Shown here in pieces: positions 53,437-64,000 of a stretch of DNA of 64,000 nucleotides. Location of the stretch: contig CM120640.1 in the NCBI GenBank assembly GCA_051362555.1, forward strand, positions 10,974,001 to 11,038,000. The letters are read 5' to 3'. This stretch comes from Lingula anatina (lineage: Eukaryota; Animalia; Brachiopoda). The stretch's first letter is position 1, and the number at the start of each line of letters is the position of its first letter. A program made the position numbers and the translations under genes. The notes under the pieces were generated by a model. That model saw only the letters and a program-made list of their open reading frames with translations. It did not search any database and was not told the DNA's origin.

Positions 53437-53448
53437 CAAGATGGCGGC
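53437..53448. promoter_or_regulatory. YY1-type motif upstream of paralogue A
   Basis: CAAGATGGCGGC, the YY1 consensus. A counterpart lies at 56487-56498 upstream of paralogue B. Confidence 0.5.
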
Positions 53449-54915
53449 TGCTTTGTCAAAACAGGTAAGAATTTGTTTTTCGATTGTGGTAGAGGAGAAT
53501 ATGGCCCTGTGTGTACCTGACTCACGGAATTATTTTCTTATGACTCATGTCCAAAGGATAATATAAAATATGTTTACTTAAGATAGAACCATCATAGTTA
53601 TTCAATGATCTACTCATTTTCTACTTTTAGCAACGCAGTAGTAGTTTAAGACCTCCGAGGCTTCTTCACCACACGTAAAATATCAGATTGTTGAATTTGA
53701 AGGATTAATATACATCCAAAATTTTTTCTTATTCCATAAGACACTATTTTCAAATGCCATAACAATTGCATTTTATCCACTGCTGATACTGTTATGTCTC
53801 ATTGAATCCTATGGAAACCTGCGTTAAAAAGTTTTCTGCACTGCTACTTTTATTTGTTGTAAACGTTTTTCCTGCATTAAATAAGGAATAACCCCTGCCC
53901 AATGTGTATAAGCAAAAACGTTCATAATTAAGAAAACCGTGCTGTCTCTTTGACAATATCCATTAGTTGACATCTAAATTTCGTCACGAAGCGAGAAAAT
54001 AAAATGCCCCTTCACGTCCAGCCATTTTGATGTTACGTTTTAAATATTGTTTACTAATATTATTGCCTGCTGAATTTTGTCTAGATAACACTAATATTGT
54101 TTTTTTAATTATCTATCACAGCTAGGCATTAAATATGTTTAAGCATAAATATCATGTCAGAAAAAGGAATTTATCTGTTAAAAATTATTTATTCGTTTTA
54201 TATACAACATATTCATCATTCTCCTTAAAATGGGATGTTTGCATTTTCTCCAAAGCGACAATAAATCGAATAAATCTATCAACTATTTTGTATTTCTTTA
54301 TCTTATTCTCTGTCACGTCTGTGAACTTAACATCCTTCTTGGAGTAACAAAATTATGGATTAAATGGTCTTTAAAAACACAAACTTATCTATATTATACG
54401 GATTATCATATAATATCCTGATATATTTCAATATACACGACCAGTTCTAAGCAGGGAAATTTTGTCAATTTGCACCATTAATACCGAAGTTATGAAAGCT
54501 TTTTCGACCATTGTCCTTTTCATTCATAAATATTCCAGTAGTAAAACGCTGATCTGGTATTTCAATCTTAATTATTCTTAATCTTAATATGAAATGTACG
54601 GATAAACAGGATCAACAGAGAAAAATAGACGAAAGTCAATCTTTTGTTATTTACACTGTAATATGCACCAAATGTTGAATTCACAAACATGCAATTATAT
54701 TTGGTTATTAACCATTTAGAATACTACTGTACATGCATAGTTAAATGTTTCTACATCTTGTATTTACAAACCCAGAAAGCTTTTTGATCACATCAGTATA
54801 AAATATGGTCCTTGGAAAATATGAACGACTATCAAAGTCAATCATATCACATATGCTTAGTAAAAAAAAGTGGGGACAGCCACAATGGACGCATTACAGA
54901 CTGTACAGAATGAAC

Positions 54916-55133
54916 TTATAACAGATACTTTACAAAAATTGCAGATAACAAAGATAACCCAAATGAAATAGGAGTAATTGTTACTGCACTGGAAAGAAGT
55001 ACGCTGATTCCCTGGGCAATGTTACAGTCATTGGTTGTACACATGCAAGTAGTCACTCTTGTCGATCCCTTCCAGCTCTCGTCACATCGATTTAGCTGTG
55101 TGAAAGAGCAACCCAGTGAAACTGTTTTTCTTC
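54916..55133 (-). CDS. LDLa-Ly6 paralogue B exon 4 (Ly6/quiver C-half plus GPI signal)
   Basis: cttcttttcag|GA; RKTVSLGC...RC...TCMCTTNDCNIAQG then hydrophobic tail ending SFGLSLLSAIFVKYLL*. Confidence 0.88.
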
Positions 55134-55360
55134 CTGAAAAGAAGAAACACAAGAAATTTGAATACATAAAGCGTGTTTCATTTTAAAAAGAGCAAAAGTT
55201 TTTTGTTCATTTTTAGTGTGATTTCATCGTGGGTTTGCTAATGCTTTTTGTACGTGATTTAAATGCGACATTATCATTTAGGAAAATGTTCAATTTGTAC
55301 CCGGAACTTAAAGTGGTACATTCAGGTCGGAAAAAAGTATAAGAAAAAATTGCGTCTCAC

Positions 55361-55459
55361 CTTCAAATTCCTGTACTATTTTCGAGCATCCATAGGGACA
55401 TAAACGAAATCTGGTTTCTGCTTTCTCAGGACAATCAGAGCAAGAGTAACATCGATAGC
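55361..55459 (-). CDS. LDLa-Ly6 paralogue B exon 3 (Ly6 N-half)
   Basis: gacttgcag|GC...GAAG|gtgaga, phase 1-1; YRCYSCSDCPEKAETRFRLCPYGCSKIVQEFE. Confidence 0.85.
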
Positions 55460-55710
55460 CTGCAAGTCAAATTTGAAAACCTTGACATGTTTTCTTGTGC
55501 AAATAAAATATGATGAAACTCATATGAAAATAAAAAACTAATGATAAAAAAAGACAATAAAATATTTATTTCAAACTTCATCTGAGTAAAAAGCGGGGAT
55601 TTATAATTATTTCTAATGACGCCAAAACTGGAAATGCAAGGTTTTAAACATATAAAACATCAAAGGGGGATGAGATGAATAAATATATTTAGCATTTTGA
55701 GTTTTCTTAC

Positions 55711-55839
55711 CGCAACCGGCCTCTGGGCCTTCATCGGAGTCATCGGGACATTCGAATATATTGTTGCATTTTAGTTCGTTTGGAATACAGGTTGATCCAT
55801 CAGCGCAGGAGTATTGGTCCGGCGGACAGTAACAATGGG
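55711..55839 (-). CDS. LDLa-Ly6 paralogue B exon 2 (LDLa module)
   Basis: attacag|CC...TGCG|gtaaga, phase 1-1; CPPDQYSCADGSTCIPNELKCNNIFECPDDSDEGPEAGC. Confidence 0.87.
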
Positions 55840-56366
55840 CTGTAATATAAATGGAAATTTTAACACTGATTTTAATATACTGTACTCTGCACAGCTTAGC
55901 TCATAGGGGGATTTTAATAGAGTTTCTCACATTATGAGTAAAATAGGCAAAACTCCTAAAATATCCAACACTCGTACTTTGGTACTACATGTAGGGACGT
56001 CATTTTTACAAACGCGTTGCACTTTTTCTTGTCCTATAAAATCAAATGACAACTAGGATGATGTTGCTTATCAGAAGAACAGTCATCCAGACATGCAACG
56101 ATCCTTTTTCTTTTGGTGTATAGGCCTACTGTTTAAGCCAGCTTAAAAGCATTGTAATATTTTGTGTATGTCTTAGAATGAAATAAATTAAACTCGTATT
56201 AGAGTTATTATTCTATGTAAGGAAATTTACGCTGATGAGGTTAAGAGTTCCTTCTTTCAGTGTTAATGTGTACCACGAAAGACTTAATGCTATCATATTT
56301 GAAACCTTGGTTCCGTTGACCTGATTTAAGTTACGATATCTAGCACAGGTGTATCATTTTACTTAC

Positions 56367-56433
56367 CTGTCTCCAGAAAGATACAAAGTATCAAAAAGCA
56401 AAGGAATAGTAACCCTTCCGAGCACCACGACAT
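56367..56433 (-). CDS. LDLa-Ly6 paralogue B exon 1 (signal peptide); 170 aa when spliced
   Basis: MSWCSEGLLFLCFLILCIFLET, donor CAG|gtaagt, phase 1. Confidence 0.82.
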
Positions 56434-56486
56434 ATTTTTGGTGCCCCTTCCTACTAATATTCCACCCCTAAATCGTCCACAACTCT

Positions 56487-56498
56487 CAAAATGGCGGC
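56487..56498. promoter_or_regulatory. YY1-type motif upstream of paralogue B
   Basis: CAAAATGGCGGC, in the same orientation and a similar position to the paralogue A motif. Confidence 0.5.
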
Positions 56499-57465
56499 GT
56501 CATATACCTGACCTCTCGCTGAGCAATACGACCTACATGAAGTCTTTGTTGTGCGTCAACAGGTATGCTGTGGCGGTTAAGGTAGAAATTAGCATATGAA
56601 TTAGTGCGATAGTTGAGACTGTTATCAAAGAGAGTACTGACGGATCTCTTTCTGACGTGATTATATTTATTAGGTCTTTTTGATTCGATAAAAAGTAAAA
56701 ACAGAAATTGCATTATGTATTTTTGTAAATGAATTAAAATGCATATTAGATGGGACTTCGTGGTTTGGATTTCTACTACTTATTTCACCATGAAATAAAG
56801 TTCTCGCTTGTTTTCAATCAAACAAATATTTCCCATTAAAAAAATTATTTGGTTAAGAAAGGACAACAATGCAAGAAAAAGATGTTGATATGAATGTGCC
56901 CTTGCGTCGTTAATGCATTGATGTGATAGACTAGGGCACGTTTCATATTCTTGTGAAAGATGAGGTTAAAAAACTATTAAATCTGAATCATAGCATGGTA
57001 AAAATGATGTAGCACTACATAAATCTATACATTAGGCAATTTTGATATCTGCAGTTTAATCATTCTGAAAATTAGTACATGTACCAAACAGATGCACAAA
57101 GCTTTAATTAAAAATCGATTAAATAAAGGTGTATTCACTGATTTAAAAGTGCTTATAGTTACAGTATCATTATCTCTCAGTGTCTCACACGTGATACACA
57201 ATATCAAGTATCGTTTTTTGATATGGGGCACAAACACAATAGTGTATTAAGCTTGGGGTGAATGTGAAGTACCTTAATAATTTACTTTCCCCTCCACCCT
57301 TAGTTGAAATAGCAGGCAGCATACAAATACTGTATACAATGTAGATAAATTGTTGAAATGCTCATACAAAAATCTATTTGTTCAAAAACCCAATTTTTCT
57401 TCTTATGCAGCAAGTGTTCACTGCGTACAAATACAACAGGCTCTACTTAATTCCAAAGATGAATT

Positions 57466-57687
57466 TTAAATATTGTATATTATAAATACTGCATGAATAT
57501 CTCTACTGATAAATAATCATATTTGAAAATGCGTATATTACACTTTCAGAGCTCTAATATTTTAGATATTGCATAATTAAATATTGTATATTATAAATAC
57601 TGCATGACTATATCTCAACTGATAAATAATCATATTTCAAAATGCATATATTACACTTTCAGAGCTCTAATATTTTTAGATATTGCA
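57466..57687. repeat. ~111-bp tandem duplication
   Basis: taaatattgtatattataaatactgcatga...agagctctaatattttagatattgca occurs twice with few differences. Confidence 0.9.
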
Positions 57688-58836
57688 GAGTAAAATGTTT
57701 ACATTCACATTATACAAACATTTTGCACAACCTCATCCTATATATGGAAATGAAGCACTCCTCTATCTGCAAATGGCATTACTAAGATAACTTTAATCTG
57801 CACATACATTTATCATTTTTAAACTTGTAAAAAAAAAAAAAAGGCTAGAGAGATACTCACAGCTTATTCTTACAACATAGCATGTGTGACAACTAGCATC
57901 TGCAAACTACTAGTTCTCTTATGCTTCATAAAGTCTACAAAATTTTCATTTTTTGTTTTTTTAAATCATTATTATTATTATTATTATTTTTAAACGGGAT
58001 AAGCCTTCCTATTGTACATAATAAGAGAAAAAGAATTTTGTCAGTTGTTTCCATTATATGTTTACTTATAGGTATACTATACTTTTTCCCTGCCATATAA
58101 AATTTTCCTAAAAAAAATAAAATAAATAAATAAATAAAAATAATAAATAAATAAATAAATAAATAAGTAAATAAATAAACATTCAAAAAAATCTTCACTA
58201 GCTGAAACAATATAAATGATAACAAAGGAGGGTCTTACTGTTTTATGCTTACAAATTTTAGTTGGGCTAACTGAATTCAAAATTGATCCGGGAAAACATG
58301 TTTTGGTAAAAAGTTGAATTTACATTAACTATGAAGATGACATCATTTCATTCTTTAAGAAAGAATTCAAAAAGCATGTCCATTAAAATTAATTTCAATG
58401 GAGTATTTCATGCCAGCAATCCCATTCAAGAACTTTGCAGTAAACATCTTGAAAAAAAAATCACATACAAACTTAACACAGATTCATAATATCCTATACT
58501 CTAGTTTTAGATGATAAACATTCATTATAACATGAAAACAGAGAATTGCCAGGTCTTCTGTCACAGGAAAATATACATTGTACATATCCATAAATCTATA
58601 CATAAAAAATAAAACCATAATGGCTCTAGGAAAAAAGTTTGTGTCAATTATTCTGATCTACATACATGTACAGCACACTCTGCATAACAATTCAATTTAG
58701 GCAATTTCAAAAAGAAAAAATCTTCACCACAAAATCTGATTGTATTGTTATAAAGTGACAAGTAACATGGAGACAGCTTTTATTGTATATTTGTTATGAT
58801 TTAACAGTCTGAAATCACAAATGGACCACTCTGTAT

Positions 58837-58950
58837 TCACACAAGTGTTGATCTGCCAGCTGGCTTGAAGACCACTGTCATTTTGCCCTGTGCAAGGGAC
58901 TCTTGAACATCGTTAAGCTGACTGTTCTTACATTTGTTTTCAACAGCACA
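58837..58950 (-). CDS. Large low-complexity protein, last coding exon
   Basis: tttggcag|TGT, phase 0; CAVENKCKNSQLNDVQESLAQGKMTVVFKPAGRSTLV*. Confidence 0.65.
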   Translation of the reverse strand, partial: CAVENKCKNSQLNDVQESLAQGKMTVVFKPAGRSTLV

Positions 58951-59275
58951 CTGCCAAATAGAAAGATATCAGTATAGTCATTTGTAACTGTAATTGTCAC
59001 CCTGAATACTGGAAACCACAGATGGGAATTGTGATCACAAGTTTCTAATCTATGAACACAGAGCAGTTATTTTATGTCTGCACATCATTTTTTTCTCTAG
59101 ACATGGTTTTATGCAAATGTAATGCCCTTTAATTTCAGACTTTGAAAATCCATTCTCATTTCTAAGTATTAGTTTTTCATTCATTACTCTTATACGGTAA
59201 TTTAAAAACAGTCTTGCAAAAATACTTCATATCAAAAGAATCTATTTTTTAGCTTTTTTTAAAGTTGAAACTTAC

Positions 59276-59330
59276 TTGTTCCTGTTGATCAACTCTGCTT
59301 TTCTTGAAATCATTTGGAATGCTTGATTTA
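59276..59330 (-). CDS. Large low-complexity protein, 55-nt exon
   Basis: cttgcag|T...CAA|gtaagt, phase 2 to 0, matching both neighbours. Confidence 0.7.
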
Positions 59331-59423
59331 CTGCAAGATAACATCCCTTGTTATCTATGTTTGATCCCAATAATATGTTTACACTTTATACAAGTATGAG
59401 ACAAAGCAAAAAACATTACTGTC

Positions 59424-59538
<115 letters not shown>

Positions 59539-59697
59539 TTAAAAGCTTGAAATATGTGGGAAATACTTTGATTTTCAATTTTGTAATAATAATAAAATTA
59601 CTAGAAATCACATGTAAACCCAAATCTACCTCTCCTTTTGCTATTAATTTTTATTTTCTATTAATTTCATTTATTATAAACTGTTTAATGGCCTTAC

Positions 59698-61268
59698 CAT
59701 AATTTCTCTGGGTGAATATTTTCAGCATTTTCATTGTCTGATGACCACTCTCTCTTGCCTGGTGATCTCCTCTTGCTGGTAACAGTATCAACAGGTTTGT
59801 CAGTCTCATTTTTGATGCTCTGAGTAGGCTGAGTGTCTGCCATTGTTATTTCTGAAGAATTTTTGTCTTGAGACAAAAACATTGTTTTGGACACATGGTT
59901 AGCTGTCAGGGGAAGCAATGCATTAGGGATGTGTCTTCTTTGGACATCAACATCTTTAATGTGTGCCTCACATGATATGTGATCTGTTGGTGAACAATCA
60001 TTGGTGCTTATCAAGGGAGTTAGATCAGCTGGCTTCCTATTGTTTTCATAAGACGACTCCTTTTCCTGGACCTTTTGCTGAATCCTGTTGTTGTAAGATT
60101 TAGTGTTGTCTGATAGCTGGTCACATGCATGCAGCGATGTAGTTCCCTGGTGACTGCCGTTGGATTGCCATGGCTCTCTGGTTACAATATTACAATGTAA
60201 AGTCAATGCTTTGCCCTGGCTGGCACTGGGCTGTGATGATATATCACTTAAAGTGTCACTCTGCAGAAAAGGTATTTGGTCCTGGAAGACGCTGGATTTG
60301 ATTGACTCTGTACTGACCATAAGGTGTGGCACTACTGCTGTGTCTTGTCTGGTGCTGGATTGAAATGACATCAGATTGACAGTGTCATAAGATGGTACTG
60401 GTGCTGCATCCTGGCTAGTGCTTGGTTGTAATGACAGAGTGCTTACAGTGTTGTTAGATGGTACTGGTGCTGCATCCTGGTTGGTGCTTGATTGCAATGA
60501 CACTATACTGACAGTGTCATAAGGTGGTACTGGTGCTGCATCCTGGCTAGTGCTTGATTGCAATGACACTGTACTGATAGTGTCATAAGGTGGTACTGGT
60601 GCTGCATCCTGGCTAGTGCTTGATTGCAATGACACTATACTGACAGTGTCATAAGGTGGTACTGGTGCTGCATCCTGGCTAGTGCTTGATTGCAATGACA
60701 CTATACTGACAGTGTCATAAGGTGGTACTGGTGCTGCATCCTGGCTAGTGCTTGATTGCAATGACACTATACTGACAGTGTCATAAGGTGGTACTGGTGC
60801 TGCATCTTGGCTAGTGCTGGATTGTAATGGCAGGGTGCTGTCAGTGTTGTTAGGTGGTACTGGTGCTGTATCCTGGTTGGTGCTGTCATAGGGTGGTGGT
60901 GGTGCTACATCATGGCTGGTGCTTGGTTGCAATGACACTATACTGACAGTGTCACAGTGTGGTACTGGCATTGTGTCCTGACTAATGCTGCATTGCAATG
61001 GCTCTGTTGTGACAGCATCTACAAAATGAGAGTTTGCAGTTTTTGACAACACCATATTCACATTGTCACAGGAAACAAGTGGTATTTCACTCTGGCAAAT
61101 GTTGCCTTCAGTTGACACTGGGTAGATGGTGTCACACCCATTGGGTGGCGTTTTTTCCAGCTTGTTGCATGGCTGTGATGATTTAGCATCATTCAAAAGC
61201 AGCACTTTTTCCTGGCTTATGGTTGGCTGTGAGGTTGCAGTGGACACAGTGTTTTGGTGCCCATTTTC
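59698..61268 (-). CDS. Large low-complexity protein, 1571-nt exon with 22-aa repeats
   Basis: gtttcag|GAA...TTATG|gtaagg; open for 523 codons, phase 0 to 2. Confidence 0.85.
60330..61000 (-). repeat. Coding 66-bp (22-aa) tandem repeat SSTSQDAAPVPPYDTVSIVSLQ, about 10 units
   Basis: Period 66 (for example tcctggctag at 60541 and 60607). Central copies are near-identical and flanking copies are degenerate. Confidence 0.93.
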
Positions 61269-61432
61269 CTGAAACAGAAAATGCTGAATAGAAAGCTATG
61301 TATATTAATATACTTAAACAAATGAAAGGAAAACAATTTCTAAAAATTAAAAATTTCATAATCCTGGCTTAATGGTAAAGGGCTCATAGAGAAGAACTGA
61401 AAATGCCAATAACAAACTGTTAAATCACATAC

Positions 61433-62237
61433 CTTAGGTACAATGCTGGGTTTAGGCATCACTGGTGGCTTTGGAATAGCAACAGCCCTGAGTGTAGCAG
61501 GTGGTCTAGGAAGGCTACCATATCTTCTAACTGTGCTTGGAGAAGCAAAGGACATGCTGTTACTAGTGTCCTTGGTACTTGGAGAAGACCAGGAACTTCT
61601 CTTGGAGGTCTGAAATGTGGAACTATGCCCAGTGATGTTTATTGACTCACTGCTCTTTTCATTTTTCTCCAGTTCATGAGCATGGTTGCTCTGCTTTTCA
61701 ATTACATCTGGGGTATTTTCATGATATTTCCCATTACCGTTGCTCTCTATGTCAGAGTAGACTGTGGAATCTGCACAACTCATGGAGTACCTACTACCCA
61801 CACTTATATCAGATATCATGGATATGCTGCTACCTCCAAATGTAGAGAATGTTGACAGTGGTCTAGACAGGCCCTCTGTGTACACAGCAGTGTCGGAAAA
61901 TGATGACATGACTTTATCTCTCCTTGTAACTGAGCCCTCACACAAAGACACACTGTCCGCTTTACACAGTTGTTGCTCATGACTGATCCCTATGTCCAAT
62001 GACCTGTTGTGGGACCCATGGTCAGTTTGCTCCAGGGAGGAATCGGTCAGGTTGATTGGTACAATTTCCAGTGACTCTGAATCATTGAAGAAGTTGGACA
62101 CCATACTCCAACGGGAACTAGTCATGGAAGGAGGGATCTGTGATCCAATTCTGGCTGGAAAAATGTCTTCTGTTCCTCTGTCAAAATGAAGTGGTCTTAC
62201 CCTTTTTGTGCTTCTGTTTTTCTCTGCACTTGAGACA
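61433..62237 (-). CDS. Large low-complexity protein, Ser/Pro-rich exon
   Basis: gttcatag|T...CCTAAG|gtatgt, phase 2 to 0, open. Confidence 0.82.
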
Positions 62238-62379
62238 CTATGAACAAGAACATACTCATTTTAACTCCAAAAAACACGTGAATACATTCATTGTCATTAT
62301 AATACATTAGAAGTTATCTATGGTAGCACTCACATTGTTGAGATATTCAATAAAATTAATGAGTTACTTTTGTACTCAC

Positions 62380-62624
62380 GTTTCAAAATCTCCATCCTCA
62401 ATTACACTTTCGTCAAGGCTTTGTTCATGTCCACATATCACATCATCCAGGACATTCAAGGTGTCCTTTAAAGCATTATCTTCCAAGGAAATAGTAGGAC
62501 TGTCTGTTGATCCTCCATTACCAGAACTTTTGGTGTTGTCTAGTGGGGAACCTGAACCAATCTCTACATGCAAGTTATTATGCCGACTGGCTGGAGTGGT
62601 CTCATTTTCCACAGCTTCTGGAGG
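62380..62624 (-). CDS. Large low-complexity protein, acidic exon
   Basis: ttattcag|CCT...GAAAC|gtgagt, phase 0 to 2. Confidence 0.8.
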
Positions 62625-62929
62625 CTGAATAACAATATCATTTAAAATATATGTAGGAAAGGTAGACTCAAGTCTAGCATTTTATGCGTGTCTCAATGAA
62701 GGTGAGATTATAACAAGCAGACAATGATTAAAAGAAGTTTCGTGATCTTCTGTTTGATCAAAACTGTGTTCTATTATAATTTTGATGTCTTTTGATACAA
62801 TAATTTTGGACTGATTTGAACGAATTTATTGCATCTTTCAAGAACAAGAAAAGGTTTGAATGAGCATTAATGTTACGAAAGTGATTGTATAAACATAATC
62901 GAAATAAGCAACATTACTATCTCCTTTAC

Positions 62930-63397
62930 CTGCTCTGTAGATGTAGGCAAGGATATAGGAGGTCTCCTTGGAGGCTGGGGAACTGTGACTTGTCTAAGGG
63001 CTGACAGTCCTTTGGGTGTTCTGGACAGAGTACCAGCTCTTCTAATGGTTGGAAATGGGGATGCTGGGGGAGTGTGGCCAAAATCTGATGGCTGGTTGTC
63101 TTTTATAAACTCAAAAGCTGAGTCAATGGAACTGGTAGATGTGTTACCGAGATCATCATCTGACCCACTGAAGTCAATCAAAGTCTGCCTTTTCCCAAAT
63201 GTACCAAAGGAGCTGACTGAGATGGCGTCAGGATCAGGTGACTTAGTGGATATACCCTGGTCATCATCAGGTATGGAGGACAGGCTAAGCATGCTGACAT
63301 TATCCATATCTGCTAAGCTCCAAAGACTCTTGTTGATGTCAGGTGTAACTGAGGGGCTGTCTGTATCATTCATACTACTGATACCTCTGTAGTACTT
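62930..63397 (-). CDS. Large low-complexity protein, exon starting KYYRGI
   Basis: actttacag|AAG...GAGCAG|gtaaag, 156 codons, phase 0-0. Confidence 0.82.
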
Positions 63398-63741
63398 CTG
63401 TAAAGTAAGCATGCAGTTCTCCTGTATAGCAAGAATGCAAGATGTGCTGTATATCTGCAAAGCCTTTAAGAATTGTTAACATAAATGGAAGCAATCATAA
63501 ACAATAACATCTAAAATTTAACCCATTCCAGATGCCAAAAGATTTTTCATCTGATATGCTTACTAGTATTAATATTTGATCTGTACTTAGTCATAAATTT
63601 CCAAACTCCATCCCAATCCTACAGCCCTGGTCACTTGATACAGTGTGGATTTACAAAACTTCTCATATCCATTCAACATTCAAAAATTTCAAATGTTATA
63701 ATTATTTAAGCATATAATTCTTGAAATATATATTGGTTTAC

Positions 63742-63834
63742 CTTTGGGAGTGTTTTTTTATTCCATTTCTTAACAAATTTTTTAAACATCTCCTTGGCTT
63801 TAGTTGCTGACAGTTCTTCGAATTGCTTCTTTTT
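63742..63834 (-). CDS. Large low-complexity protein, most 5' visible exon (SCI1-like motif); gene continues beyond the window
   Basis: ttattcag|AAA...CCAAAG|gtaaac; KKKQFEELSATKAKEMFKKFVKKWNKKTLPK joins KYYRGI. Confidence 0.8.
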
Positions 63835-64000
63835 CTGAATAAATAATATATCATACAAAGAACATCAACATAAATCTGTTTAAATCAAATTATTTCTGTT
63901 ACCATGACACACATTTCATTTTACATGCCTAACAATTCTAAAATATCAAAGGGTGTATTCCCAGACATTTAGATCGATACAGAGATTAAGATTTAAATCG

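Noticed and set aside
60330-61000. 66-bp array as CRISPR or non-coding satellite
   Set aside because: No spacers; in frame inside a spliced coding exon.
61642-63392. + strand ORFs opposite the large gene
   Set aside because: Antisense shadows of the minus-strand exons.

Overview
AT-rich, intron-containing animal genomic DNA, probably a lophotrochozoan such as a mollusc (inferred from gene content and repeat style). It is not prokaryotic and has no CRISPR array, rRNA or tRNA that I can see. Splicing by hand with GT-AG sites and phase checks gives six protein-coding genes, most of them fragmented or missed by the ORF track. (1) Neurotrophin NT-A (+, 4994..7433, 2 coding exons, 227 aa). (2) A MyoD/nautilus myogenic bHLH gene (-, 19936..34196, 3 exons, 390 aa, with a 79-nt exon 2 and helix III). 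(3) A second, divergent neurotrophin NT-B (+, 40090..46496, 4 exons, 260 aa), head-to-head with MyoD, with an intron inside its cystine knot. (4, 5) Two tandem paralogues (-, 51305..53332 and 54916..56433) encoding signal peptide + LDLa + Ly6/quiver-type three-finger domain + GPI signal. (6) The 3' part of a large low-complexity gene (-, 58837..>63834) with an SCI1-like motif and a 22-aa tandem repeat. Repeats include a Tc1-derived foldback element and its deleted derivative, several MITE-like hairpins, a ~37-bp tandem array, LINE/SINE debris and microsatellites. The main points of interest are the neurotrophin-MyoD-neurotrophin cluster, the intron-split NT-B, the LDLa-Ly6 GPI pair, and a duplicated candidate terminal exon in MyoD intron 1.
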